From Lachnospiraceae bacterium (GTDB lineage: Bacteria > Bacillota > Clostridia > Lachnospirales > Bianqueaceae): a stretch of DNA of 62,614 nt. The stretch is taken from NCBI GenBank assembly GCA_021442595.1, contig JABUST010000218.1:1-62614 (forward strand). The letters run 5' to 3'. This document shows positions 51,720 to 61,222 of the stretch, in pieces; the stretch's first letter is position 1, and each line of letters starts with the position of its first letter. Below the pieces are notes generated by a model. The model ran no database searches. It saw only the letters and a list, made by a program, of their open reading frames with translations, and was not told where the DNA came from. A program made the position numbers and the translations under genes.

Positions 51720-54242
51720 TTATTTCTTCTTAGCCTTCTGAGCTTCCAGAGCTGCTCTGGTAGCCTCTTCCCGCTGCTTCTTAAAGGCTTCTCTGCGGGC
51801 TTTCTTCTCTTCTTCCTCCAGACGGCGCTTTTCATCCTCTTCTCGCTGTCTGGCTTCCAGCTCTGCAGCGGCGGCCTGGTTCTTTCGGTAGACCCGAAGG
51901 ATCAGGAAGGAGGCGCCTACCAGCAGATACAGGAAGGGGAATACAAAGCAGAACAGGAGGATCATACGGGAGGTCCCGGATTCATCCCCCACAGAGACTA
52001 TGCCGTAGTTATACAGTTTATAAGGAAGCTTTTCCCGGGTAAGGCTGCCGGACAGCAGGTAGTCCATGATGCCCTTCAAAAACTGCACATTTCCGCCGCT
52101 GCTGAGATCGCTGATATCTTCCATAAGGAAGCCAAGAGAGGTCACCCAGACCACACGGGAATCTCCCTTCTCCATGGCAGCCGCCACAGTCAGAGGTCCG
52201 TCAATATCGCCGGACTCCTTTTCCAGGGTGGTAGCCTGAGAGCCGGCCACCTTGGAAAAGCTGTTTTCGGAAGAGACCAGCAGAGGGGAGAAGGTCACCT
52301 GGGGATTATCCAGGGAAAGAAGGCCCTGGGCGAAGGACAGCACGGGGGCCACCCGGGATTGACTCAGGAGCTGAGTGCTCTCGTGGGCCAGGTAATTGGT
52401 GCGGAACAGATAAAGGGTGTTTCCGTCGTAAGCGTTATTTTCATCTTCAAAAACGATGCCGGGAAGCAGCATGGCTCCGTATCCGTACAAGATGGATTCC
52501 AGCACTTCCTGGTGAGCGGCGGTGTAGGTGCCGTCAGAGTTCGCGGTGCTTTCCTGGACCTTGGAGACAAACAGCATGTCGCCTCCCTGCTCCAGATATG
52601 CATAGAGGTTCTCCCCCTGCTCCTGGGTCAGGTCCTGAGAGGGAGCATTCAGCAGGAGGGCTGCGGCATCCTCAGGTACCGGTTGGTCCAGAGTGATGGT
52701 GCTGACGGTAATGTCTTCCTTCTGAAGCTGGGACAGGAAATAGGAGGAGAGCTCCACTTCCTCGTGACCCGTAATCGTATACAGATGCAGCTGGTTGGAA
52801 CCGCCGAAGTACTCCAGGGCGTGGGAGAACTGATCGTCCAGTTCCACCGCCGTGTCGTAGGCGGGGGTCATGACATAGATATCGTTGTAGGATGTGAAGC
52901 GGGACAGCTCTCCCGAACGGAACAGGACGGAGTTGTTGTACACACTGTCAATGACATAAGTGGTGATGTAGTCCCGGGTAACATCCGGATTCAGCCGGGT
53001 GAGGTGAATGCGGGGACTCATGGCCTCATAGTAGGTAAGGATGGAGCGGATGGAGGCATCCTCCATACCGTTTTGGGTAATCCAGTAAATGGTGACGTCC
53101 TCCTGCGTGGAGGCAGCCCGCTCCTGCAGGGAGACGGGGGGGCTCATAAGCTCTGCGCCGGAGGTATCTGCCATCAGGGCGGTGCCGGTGAACAGATGCA
53201 GTACCAGGTTCAGTACCAGGATGCCTCCGAAGGCAATGGCGGGAAGGACCACCGGGAACCGGCCGAAGAGGGGCTGTTTTTCATCCTCGGAAGCGTCTTC
53301 CTCCTCGGAAGCTGTCTCTTCTTTCTGAGCTTCCCGGACCTTTGCACCTGCCGGTGCCACCACCAGCAGAAAAGCGGCCAGAGACAGCATGTAGATGAGG
53401 GCTCTCAGATCAAGCAGACCGCCGGTAAAGGTGAGGAAGCGCTCAAACACGGAGAGCTTGGATATCAGCATGGGAGCCAGATGCTCAAAGCGGGTCCGGA
53501 GGAAGGTAAAGCAAAGAATCAATATGATCTCCGGTACGGCCCCCACCAACAGGGCCAGGTTGGAGCTGTGGCTGACCAGGAACACGAAGAAAGCCAGAGC
53601 CACCAGCAGCACGGTAAAGAAGAGCATGGCCGCATAAGGGGAAGCGCAATAGGTGGAAAGAGGCACCAGGAAGTAGCCCAGAAGGGTGAAGCCCAGGGTA
53701 TAGGCCACAGCCTTCACCTGAGAGGACTGGGTGGCTGCCAGGACCAGAGCCATGGCCAGCAGCACGGCTCCCAGGCAGAAGAGGGCGGCCAGTTCTCCGA
53801 AGATGGCAGCGAAGGAAACGGTGCCGAAGGCGCAGAGGATCACCGGATATAACAGAGCGATGAGAAGAGGCAGGCCCAGAGTGACCAGAGCGCTGAAATA
53901 CACACTGAGGATCCTGTGATCCACAGTGGTTCCCAGCTCAGCAAAGAAAGCCAGGTCTTCTATGTCAAAGGCATCTGCCTTCAGAAAGACACCGTTCAGA
54001 ACGGGCTTTCCTCCCTCCCCGGTTCCCCAAAGACGCTTGTGCATCCACAAAGCGCTGCAGGGAGTCAGAAGGATCAGCAGCCGGGAGGCGCCTTCCAGGG
54101 CATATTCGAAGTTGGAGAGGGTGCCCTTTACACAGAAGATGATGGTGTAGATGCCGATCACCAGCAGCAGAGCGCCGCCGAACACATAGGGAGCCATACC
54201 CCGGAACAGGGTCTTAAGCTCCCGCTTAAATGCAGTCAACAT
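51720..54242 (-). CDS. fused ABC-2-type permease / GldG-like (ABC_transp_aux) membrane protein with K/E-rich C-terminal tail
   Basis: An 840-aa protein. About 290 aa at the N-terminus are multi-TM and ABC-2-permease-like. The central soluble domain (DVTIYWITQNG...RLNPD...) resembles GldG-type auxiliary domains. A terminal TM segment is followed by the tail ELEARQREEDEKRRLEEEEKKARREAFKKQREE. Confidence 0.6.
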   Translation of the reverse strand: MLTAFKRELKTLFRGMAPYVFGGALLLVIGIYTIIFCVKGTLSNFEYALEGASRLLILLTPCSALWMHKRLWGTGEGGKPVLNGVFLKADAFDIEDLAFFAELGTTVDHRILSVYFSALVTLGLPLLIALLYPVILCAFGTVSFAAIFGELAALFCLGAVLLAMALVLAATQSSQVKAVAYTLGFTLLGYFLVPLSTYCASPYAAMLFFTVLLVALAFFVFLVSHSSNLALLVGAVPEIILILCFTFLRTRFEHLAPMLISKLSVFERFLTFTGGLLDLRALIYMLSLAAFLLVVAPAGAKVREAQKEETASEEEDASEDEKQPLFGRFPVVLPAIAFGGILVLNLVLHLFTGTALMADTSGAELMSPPVSLQERAASTQEDVTIYWITQNGMEDASIRSILTYYEAMSPRIHLTRLNPDVTRDYITTYVIDSVYNNSVLFRSGELSRFTSYNDIYVMTPAYDTAVELDDQFSHALEYFGGSNQLHLYTITGHEEVELSSYFLSQLQKEDITVSTITLDQPVPEDAAALLLNAPSQDLTQEQGENLYAYLEQGGDMLFVSKVQESTANSDGTYTAAHQEVLESILYGYGAMLLPGIVFEDENNAYDGNTLYLFRTNYLAHESTQLLSQSRVAPVLSFAQGLLSLDNPQVTFSPLLVSSENSFSKVAGSQATTLEKESGDIDGPLTVAAAMEKGDSRVVWVTSLGFLMEDISDLSSGGNVQFLKGIMDYLLSGSLTREKLPYKLYNYGIVSVGDESGTSRMILLFCFVFPFLYLLVGASFLILRVYRKNQAAAAELEARQREEDEKRRLEEEEKKARREAFKKQREEATRAALEAQKAKKK

Positions 54243-54344
54243 AAAAAACTCCTTTTATAATTAGGAAGTGACCCGATCTGCCGGGTCAAATATCAGCAGA
54301 TGGTTCCGGTCCGGAAGGAGGATTTTGGCTGAGAAGCCGAGCCT

Positions 54345-54923
54345 TCAGGCCAGAAATTCATCGATCTTACGCTTCAGCATGGACACGGGAAGGCCCATGA
54401 CCGTGAAATAATCTCCCCGGATGCCCCGGATGAGCACGGAGCCCTTCCCCTGAATGGCGTAGGCGCCGGCCTTGTCCATGGGTTCCCCGGTGGACACATA
54501 GTCCCGGATCTCCTCCTCTGTTAAGGGGAAGAAATCCACTTCTGTGCAGACCCTGAAGGAAGTGAGGCGTCCCCCGGTGGCCAGAGCGCAGCCGGTGACC
54601 ACATAGTGGGTCCTGCCGGAGAGCATTCGCAGCATCCGGACCGCATCCTCCCTGTCCACGGGCTTTCCCAGAACGTGAGCTGCGTCTGCATCATCTTTGG
54701 CAATGACGACGGTGTCAGAGCCGATGACCAGAGCCTCCGGGTGACGGGAGGCGATGTCTGCGGTCTTGGCCCGGGCCAGCAGTTCCGGTTCCTCCTCAGG
54801 AGAAAGGTCCGGAGGAAGGGTCAGCTCCTCCTCCGCCGAGGAGGGCATCACAGTAAAATCATCATATAAAAAAGAAAGCAGTTCCCGTCTGCGGGGAGAC
54901 TGGGAAGCCAGGATCACTTGCAT
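54345..54923 (-). CDS. maf: Maf-like nucleoside triphosphate pyrophosphatase
   Basis: Contains MQVILASQSPRRRELL, GSDTVV and KAGAYAIQG. I moved the start to ATG 54923, 6 nt after the RBS ggaggt. Confidence 0.9.
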   Translation of the reverse strand: MQVILASQSPRRRELLSFLYDDFTVMPSSAEEELTLPPDLSPEEEPELLARAKTADIASRHPEALVIGSDTVVIAKDDADAAHVLGKPVDREDAVRMLRMLSGRTHYVVTGCALATGGRLTSFRVCTEVDFFPLTEEEIRDYVSTGEPMDKAGAYAIQGKGSVLIRGIRGDYFTVMGLPVSMLKRKIDEFLA

Positions 54924-55232
54924 GGGCATACCTCCGGTAATTGGCTTCTCTTTAGGTAATTTCCTCAGAGAGGAACCCCGGATATTTATTCCCTGAGGGA
55001 GTTTCCCGGGGAGCGCGAGGTTCCTTCCTATGTTACCACAAGGAAAAAACAGGAACAAGGCAGGGGCGGATTGTTTACGAAAGATTCAAATACAGAAAAC
55101 CACAAGATATAGGGTTGATGACATAGAAAGAAAACAACATAAAGAGGGATTGAAGCGGAGAAATGTAACAATTATGAACATGATGCGGAAGATGCATTTG
55201 AAAGAATCCCTTAAGATAAAGGGTTTTTGTGT

Positions 55233-55261
55233 TTGACAAAGAGAAGGCATCTGTGTATAAT
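55233..55261 (+). promoter_or_regulatory. sigma-A-type promoter upstream of the cell wall hydrolase gene
   Basis: TTGACA, 17 nt, TATAAT. Confidence 0.55.
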
Positions 55262-55358
55262 ACGAAAAGTGTTACAATTATTACAAAAACGAGCGCGGAC
55301 AAAACGCAAATCTTGTGGTGTCTGCGAGAAGTCCATGTGGTAAGAAGAGGAAAGATCT

Positions 55359-56354
55359 ATGATCACCGGAAGAAAACGCAGACCCTGCGTGGTTACAAGT
55401 ATGGGTCTTGCAATTTTGATGGTACTGGGATCTTCTGCATTCCCCCTGCAGCCCTCTGCGGAAGAGAGATGGGATTCCATCCCCCTCCTGGAAGCAGTGA
55501 CCGGCGGCCGGCCGGGAGGCGAATCAGAAGAACACTTGGCGATTGAGGGTGAAGATACCCGCTACAGCATCTGTCAGGGCGAGGAGGTCTCCTCCGTTCC
55601 CCAGCAGGATGACCTGGATGCAGCCCGGCTGCAGGAGGCCCTGGAGGTGCTGATCGCGACACATAACGAGAAAAACAGTACCAAGGACAGGGAGGGCATG
55701 GAAGCATGCCGGTCTTCTTTGTCTGAAGGAGAGGATGCTTATTCAGAAGAGCTGTCTGAAGAAGCTGAAGGTTGGCAGGATTATTGGTACGAGGACTGGT
55801 CCACGGAAGAGACTGCCGACGAAAGAGTTTCTTTCGGAGAAGCATCTGAAGGAGATACCGGAAGAGAGCTCGAAGAGACCTATACATCCCCTGCAGCCTC
55901 CGAACCGGAGGACACACTGCCTGCTTATGAGGAAGCTGCCCCCACAGCCCCCTCTCAGGAAGCAGAGCAGGAAAGTGCTTCTTCTCAGGGAGCTCAGGAG
56001 ACCACTGCCTCCTCCTACTCCGATCTTGACCTTCTGTGCGCCATCTGCTCCATTGAAGCAGGGGGAAGCTACGAAGGTGCCCTGGCGGTTGCCAATGTGG
56101 TTCTGAACCGCCTGAAATGCGGCTTTGCCGACACCATTTACGGTGTGATCTACGCACCTTATCAGTTCGACACCTCCAACATGGATTATTATCTCCAAAA
56201 CGGAAGCAGCGAACATATAAGGCGCGCTGCCCAGGATGCCCTGAGCGGCATCAACAACGTGGGAGACTACCTGTACTTTAACGGCGTCTACTGGCTGGAT
56301 CCGGACAGTCTGGATGTGCCCCATGTGGTCATCGGCGGCAACTGCTTTTATTAA
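55359..56354 (+). CDS. secreted cell wall hydrolase, SleB/CwlJ-type C-terminal domain
   Basis: Has a signal-like N-terminus, a long acidic E/S/A-rich linker, and a C-terminal LLCAICSIEAGGSYEGALAVANVVLNRL...VIYAPYQFD (Hydrolase_2-like). Confidence 0.8.
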   Translation: MITGRKRRPCVVTSMGLAILMVLGSSAFPLQPSAEERWDSIPLLEAVTGGRPGGESEEHLAIEGEDTRYSICQGEEVSSVPQQDDLDAARLQEALEVLIATHNEKNSTKDREGMEACRSSLSEGEDAYSEELSEEAEGWQDYWYEDWSTEETADERVSFGEASEGDTGRELEETYTSPAASEPEDTLPAYEEAAPTAPSQEAEQESASSQGAQETTASSYSDLDLLCAICSIEAGGSYEGALAVANVVLNRLKCGFADTIYGVIYAPYQFDTSNMDYYLQNGSSEHIRRAAQDALSGINNVGDYLYFNGVYWLDPDSLDVPHVVIGGNCFY

Positions 56355-56549
56355 TTCGTTTTTCAGACCATGTAACTGCACTCACCACACTGTTTTACAT
56401 GGCTTATCCCCGGGCTCCGGTACGTCTACACCGGAATCCGGGGATTTCTTTTTACGGATTCGGATTTGCGAAGGACCCCTGCAGGAAGTATAATGGAACG
56501 ATCCCTTTTGCAGGCAGAGGGACGAAAGAAACATGACAAGAGGAACACC

Positions 56550-57155
56550 ATGAAATTACTGATTACCGGTTTTCAGCCCTTCGGGGGCGAGAACATGAAT
56601 CCGGCCTATGAAGCCGTCAAACGGCTGCCGGATCGTATCGGATCTGTGGAACTCGTAAAAAAAGAGATTCCCGTTGTCTTCGGGGAGGCAGCCCGGCAGG
56701 TCATTGACTGCATGGAAGAGCTGCAGCCGGATGTTGTCATCTGCGTGGGACAGGCCGGAGGCCGACCCGGCATCACCCCGGAGAAGGTGGCCATCAATCT
56801 GCAGACTACCCGGATGCCGGACAATGCAGGCAACTCCCCTGTGGATCTGCCCATCTGCCCGGAGGGACCGGACGCCTACTTCAGCCTGCTGCCGGTGCGC
56901 AGGATGGAAGAGACCATGACCGCAGCGGGACTGCCGGCTTATCTTTCCTACACTGCCGGCACTTATGTATGCAACGACGTCATGTACCGGCTGCTCCACC
57001 ACATCACCACTCGCCGCCCGGGTGTCATAGGCGGCTTCATCCATGTGCCCTTCTGCAAAGAGCAGGTAGAAGGTAAACCGGAGATTCCGGCTATGGAGCT
57101 GGAGGATATTGTGAAAGGGCTGATCCTTTGCGTTGAGACCCTGGAAGTATTATAA
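56550..57155 (+). CDS. pcp: pyroglutamyl-peptidase I
   Basis: Contains MKLLITGFQPFGGENMNPAYEAV, GQAGGR, AGTYVCN and IHVPF. I moved the start to ATG 56550. Confidence 0.9.
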   Translation: MKLLITGFQPFGGENMNPAYEAVKRLPDRIGSVELVKKEIPVVFGEAARQVIDCMEELQPDVVICVGQAGGRPGITPEKVAINLQTTRMPDNAGNSPVDLPICPEGPDAYFSLLPVRRMEETMTAAGLPAYLSYTAGTYVCNDVMYRLLHHITTRRPGVIGGFIHVPFCKEQVEGKPEIPAMELEDIVKGLILCVETLEVL

Positions 57156-57168
57156 AGAGAGGACCATC

Positions 57169-58866
57169 ATGAAACTTACAGAGAACATCACTTATGTGTA
57201 TGACCATCTCATGAATTACGAGGAGATCCGCACCCGCCTGAACAGCTATGCCCTGGAGCATCCGGAGCTATGCCGGGTCAGCAGCGTAGGCAAGACCCGG
57301 GAGGGCCGGGACATCCTGGCCATTGAAGTGACCAACACCCTCACCGGTTCCTATGAGGACAAGCCTGCCCTGTACATGGAGGGCAACATCCACGCAGGAG
57401 AGATCACCGGCTGCATGTGCATCATGTACTGTCTGGATGTGATCTTCACCAACCTGCAGGAGGAGAAGATCCGGGAGATCCTGGATAAATACACCATTTA
57501 CTCCATTCCCCGGGTATCTCCCGACGGCTCCGAGCACTATCTCACCACCCCGGACATGGTCCGCAGCGTGAATACCCTGTATCCCTATGAGGAGGACATG
57601 CCCGGTCTGGTTCCTGCGGATCTGGATGGTGACGGAGTCATCCGTAAGATGCGTGTCCGGAGTCCCTACGGTATCTGGAAGGAGTCCGAGGCAGATCCCA
57701 GAGTCATGACAAAGCGGCAGCCCGACGAAACGGAAGGCGTCTTCTATAACGTATACTCCGAGGGCTATATCAACGATTATGACGGGGTCAACATCGTAAG
57801 TGCTCCCGGTAAATTCGGCAGTGACTTTAACAGGAACTATCCCATCGGATGGAAGCCGGAGCATCAGCAAAGAGGAGCCGGAGATTATCCTCTGTCCCAT
57901 CCGGAGACCAGAGCCAACACGGATTTCCTCCTGGCTCACTCCAACATCTGCGCAGTGCTGGACATGCACACCATGGGCGGCCAGAATCTGTACACCCCCG
58001 GCTTCAAGCCTGCCAAGGAAGCTGAGCGCCAGGACATCGCCATTTATAAAGCCCTGGGCAAGATGGCCAAGGAGGAGAACGGCTATCCGGTCATCAATGT
58101 GTTCGACGAGTACATGCCTGCAGGCTCCCCTGCCTGCTTCGGCGGTTTTGACGATTTCGCCCACTTCATTCTGGGAGTTCCCGCCTTTACCATCGAGTGC
58201 TGGGATCTGGATCCCAGAGCAGGAGTGCCGGTGCAGTTCCCACCTAAGGCTGTCACTACCGATGAGGAGCAGGAAGAGCATGCCCTGAAATATGTGCAGT
58301 GGATCGACAAAGAGAACGACGGTGAGGGCATCACCACCTGGACCCGGTTCGACCATCCCCAGCTGGGAGAAGTGGAGATCGGCGGTATCGACTACAAGCA
58401 TGTGGTCCAGAATCCCCCTCCGAAGTTCCTGCCCCAGGAGCTGGAGAAGCACACCCGCTTCATGCTGCGTCTCATTAAGACCCTGCCCCAGGTAAGCTTC
58501 CGGAAGGTAACCTGCGAAAGGCTCTCCGGTGATGTGTTCAAGGTGGATGCCTACCTCATGAATACCGGCTTCCTTCCCACCTACGTATTTAAGGAGGGCC
58601 TGAAGCTGAAGAAGCTGAAGCCTCTGAAGGTGAATATCAGCGGCATGAGCGCCATGCTGGAAGGCAAGGAAACCACAGAGATCGGTCAGCTGGAGGGCTT
58701 CAGCGGTCTGGGCGGCTTTAACAGCGGCCTGGGAGCCGGCACCTTCCAGACAGATCCCCTGGAAAAGAAGATCACCTGGATCATCCGGGCAGAAGAAGGG
58801 GCAGAGCTGAAGATCCGTGTCAGCGGCGGCCGCATCGGACAGGTGGAGACCTCCGTAACTGTATGA
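57169..58866 (+). CDS. M14-family metallocarboxypeptidase-like protein
   Basis: Contains GNIHAGEITG (the HxxE zinc site), NRNYP and DMHT. About 565 aa. I moved the start to ATG 57169. Confidence 0.75.
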   Translation: MKLTENITYVYDHLMNYEEIRTRLNSYALEHPELCRVSSVGKTREGRDILAIEVTNTLTGSYEDKPALYMEGNIHAGEITGCMCIMYCLDVIFTNLQEEKIREILDKYTIYSIPRVSPDGSEHYLTTPDMVRSVNTLYPYEEDMPGLVPADLDGDGVIRKMRVRSPYGIWKESEADPRVMTKRQPDETEGVFYNVYSEGYINDYDGVNIVSAPGKFGSDFNRNYPIGWKPEHQQRGAGDYPLSHPETRANTDFLLAHSNICAVLDMHTMGGQNLYTPGFKPAKEAERQDIAIYKALGKMAKEENGYPVINVFDEYMPAGSPACFGGFDDFAHFILGVPAFTIECWDLDPRAGVPVQFPPKAVTTDEEQEEHALKYVQWIDKENDGEGITTWTRFDHPQLGEVEIGGIDYKHVVQNPPPKFLPQELEKHTRFMLRLIKTLPQVSFRKVTCERLSGDVFKVDAYLMNTGFLPTYVFKEGLKLKKLKPLKVNISGMSAMLEGKETTEIGQLEGFSGLGGFNSGLGAGTFQTDPLEKKITWIIRAEEGAELKIRVSGGRIGQVETSVTV

Positions 58867-59591
58867 CAAGAGAAGAAAAGCGCAAAAGCTTTCTGGAAGG
58901 GATAAGGGGAGGCCTGCCCATCGGACTGGGTTACTTCCCCGTGTCCTTTACCCTGGGCATCATGTCCATCAGCGAGGGTCTGAACTGGTGGGAAGCCACC
59001 ATGATCTCCCTGTTCAACATGACCTCTGCAGGGCAGTTTTCCGGGCTGACCATCATGGCAGCGGGAGGGACCCTCATAGAGATGGCCCTGAACCAGTTCG
59101 TCATTAACCTGCGCTACGCCCTCATGTCTATCACTCTCTCCCAGAAGGTGGATGACAGCATCACCGGAGGCTGGCGCTTTCTGGCAGCCTTTTCAAATAC
59201 CGACGAGATCTTCGCCATGGGCATGGCCCGGGAGAGGCCGGTGGATCGCTGGTTCTGGGAGGGCCTCAGCATCCCGCCTATTCTGGGATGGACTCTGGGC
59301 ACCGCCTTTGGCGCTCTGCTGGGCTCCGTTCTGCCCCAAAGGCTGCTGGATGCCTTCGGCATCGCCATTTACGGCATGTTTGTGGCCATCATCATTCCTC
59401 AAGCCCGGAAGAGCCGGGCGGCTTTGTTTACCCTGCTTCTGGGGGCGGCCCTCAGCTGCTGCTTCTACTATGTGCCGCTCTTGAGCAGGGTTCCGGCGGG
59501 CTTCAGCGTCATCATTTGCGCGGTGGCAGCTGCCTGTCTGGCAGCTCTGCTGTTCCCGGTGAGGGATGAGGAGAAGGGAGGCTGTGCATGA
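58863..59591 (+). CDS. azlC: AzlC family branched-chain amino acid transporter subunit
   Basis: A polytopic membrane protein with the AzlC-type N-terminus FLEGIRGGLPIGLGYFPVSFTLG. It is paired with azlD. Confidence 0.8.
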   Translation: MTREEKRKSFLEGIRGGLPIGLGYFPVSFTLGIMSISEGLNWWEATMISLFNMTSAGQFSGLTIMAAGGTLIEMALNQFVINLRYALMSITLSQKVDDSITGGWRFLAAFSNTDEIFAMGMARERPVDRWFWEGLSIPPILGWTLGTAFGALLGSVLPQRLLDAFGIAIYGMFVAIIIPQARKSRAALFTLLLGAALSCCFYYVPLLSRVPAGFSVIICAVAAACLAALLFPVRDEEKGGCA

Positions 59592-59896
59592 GCTTTCCCA
59601 GGTATCTGGCATATCTTCTCACCATGGCGGGAGTGACCTATCTGGTGCGGGCAGTGCCGCTGGTACTGATCCGAAAGAAGATTACCAATGTATTTTTGAA
59701 GTCCTTCTTAGCTTATATCCCCATTGCAGTGCTGTCGGCCATGACCTTCCCGGGCATTCTGTACTCCACAGGATCCATGGGTTCGGCTCTGGTGGGCACC
59801 CTGGGAGCCATCATCCTGTCTTATCTGGGCGCTAATCTGCCGGTGGTGGCCTCCGTGGCCTGCGTGCTGGTGTATGTGACCGGATTTTTCCTGTGA
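59588..59896 (+). CDS. azlD: AzlD family branched-chain amino acid transport protein
   Basis: A 102-aa hydrophobic protein whose start overlaps the azlC stop. Confidence 0.8.
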   Translation: MSFPRYLAYLLTMAGVTYLVRAVPLVLIRKKITNVFLKSFLAYIPIAVLSAMTFPGILYSTGSMGSALVGTLGAIILSYLGANLPVVASVACVLVYVTGFFL

Positions 59897-60531
59897 GGAT
59901 GCCTATGAAACATAAAAATGAAACCAATGTTGACGAGGTGTACTGGGAAACCCCCTATCTTCGGGAGACGGACCGGGCAAAGGTGATCCGGTCGGACAGG
60001 CGGACCATGTCCGTGCAGGTGGACCGAAGGGGAGAAGTTATCCTGCGGATCCCCCGCAGGATCTCCCGCCGGACAGCGGAAGACTCACTTCGGAATCAGG
60101 CGAACCGCATCGATGCAGGTATCCGCCGGGTCAAGAACCGTCTGGGGGTTGGAGCGGGAAGCCAAAGTCTGACACCCTTCACGCCGGAGGAGATGGAAGA
60201 TATGAGAAAGAGGGCTGCTTCTGATCTGAAGCCCCGGGTGGCATACCTGGCAGGGCAGATGGATCTGTCCTACGGGCAGGTCAGCATCCGCTTTCAGAAG
60301 ACCCGGTGGGGCAGCTGCTCCTCCCGGGGCAACATTTCCCTGAATGCACTTTTGGTGGAGCTTCCGGAAGAGCTTCGGGACTATGTCATCGTACATGAGC
60401 TGTGTCATCTGAAGCACATGGATCACTCTCCCGCCTTCTGGGAGGAGGTGACATATAAAATGCCGGAATATAAGCTGTATAAACAACGTTTACATACAGA
60501 GGGAGCGGCCTTGATGGCCAGACTTCCCTGA
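59893..60531 (+). CDS. YgjP-like (DUF45/M48-related) metal-dependent hydrolase
   Basis: Contains WGSCSSRGNISLN...VIVHELCHLKHMDHSPAFW (HExxH). The true start may be ATG 59905. Confidence 0.75.
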   Translation: MRMPMKHKNETNVDEVYWETPYLRETDRAKVIRSDRRTMSVQVDRRGEVILRIPRRISRRTAEDSLRNQANRIDAGIRRVKNRLGVGAGSQSLTPFTPEEMEDMRKRAASDLKPRVAYLAGQMDLSYGQVSIRFQKTRWGSCSSRGNISLNALLVELPEELRDYVIVHELCHLKHMDHSPAFWEEVTYKMPEYKLYKQRLHTEGAALMARLP

Positions 60532-60541
60532 AGGAGGTTAA

Positions 60542-61048
60542 ATGGCTGAAACATTGATTGCATGGTTTCAGGAGACCCTGGGAGGAAAGATCCCCTCAGA
60601 GCTCATCGTGTTCATCATTTCCATGGTGCCCATCCTGGAGCTGAGAGGAGGCATGATCGCTGCCAGACTCTTCGGTCTGCCCTATTTAAGAGCCGCCCTG
60701 ATCTGCATCGTAGGCAACCTGATCCCCATACCCTTCATTCTGTGGCTCATCACTCCCATCTTTAACTGGATGAAGACCACCGGGCTCTTCCGCCCCCTGG
60801 TGGAGAAGCTGGAGAAGACAGCTATGAGCAAGTCCGACAAGGTGGCCAAGGCGGAATTTATAGGACTCCTGCTCTTCGTGGGCATTCCCATTCCCGGCAC
60901 AGGAGCCTGGATGGGAAGCCTCATTGCCGCCCTGCTGAACATTAAGTTTAAGAAAGCTATAGTGGCGGAGGTTCTGGGTCTGCTGCTGGCCTTCCTCATC
61001 ATGAGCATCATCACCTATGTGATCCCCTGGCTTATTGCCGCCGTGTAA
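60542..61048 (+). CDS. small membrane protein, COG2426-type putative small multidrug export protein
   Basis: A 168-aa protein with 4 TM segments and MVPILELRGGMIAA, typical of this family. Confidence 0.65.
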   Translation: MAETLIAWFQETLGGKIPSELIVFIISMVPILELRGGMIAARLFGLPYLRAALICIVGNLIPIPFILWLITPIFNWMKTTGLFRPLVEKLEKTAMSKSDKVAKAEFIGLLLFVGIPIPGTGAWMGSLIAALLNIKFKKAIVAEVLGLLLAFLIMSIITYVIPWLIAAV

Positions 61049-61053
61049 AACAT

Positions 61054-61080
61054 AAAGGAGGCAGGTCTCCTGCCTCCTTT
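61054..61080 (+). terminator. intrinsic terminator
   Basis: Stem aaaggaggcagg-tct-cctgcctccttt. Confidence 0.7.
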
Positions 61081-61107
61081 ATAAATGTATTTTCTATTCA
61101 AACCAAA

Positions 61108-61144
61108 GAAAAATGCCGATCTTTGTAGATCGGCATTTTCTTTG
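61108..61144. terminator. bidirectional terminator
   Basis: Stem gaaaaatgccgatc-tttgta-gatcggcattttc, flanked by an A-run and a T-run. Confidence 0.7.
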
Positions 61145-61222
61145 GGGATGACAGCAGGGCCGTCAGAAATTCGGTTTAGAAACTCATTGGCTTCTCAAAT
61201 GGTCACATTTGAAGACCGGAGC

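Noticed and set aside
51702-53852. A 716-aa plus-strand ORF, opposite the ABC-2/GldG-like gene.
   Set aside because: Its translation is a low-complexity run of G, Q, H and L, typical of an antisense frame. The minus-strand product has coherent TM and domain architecture.
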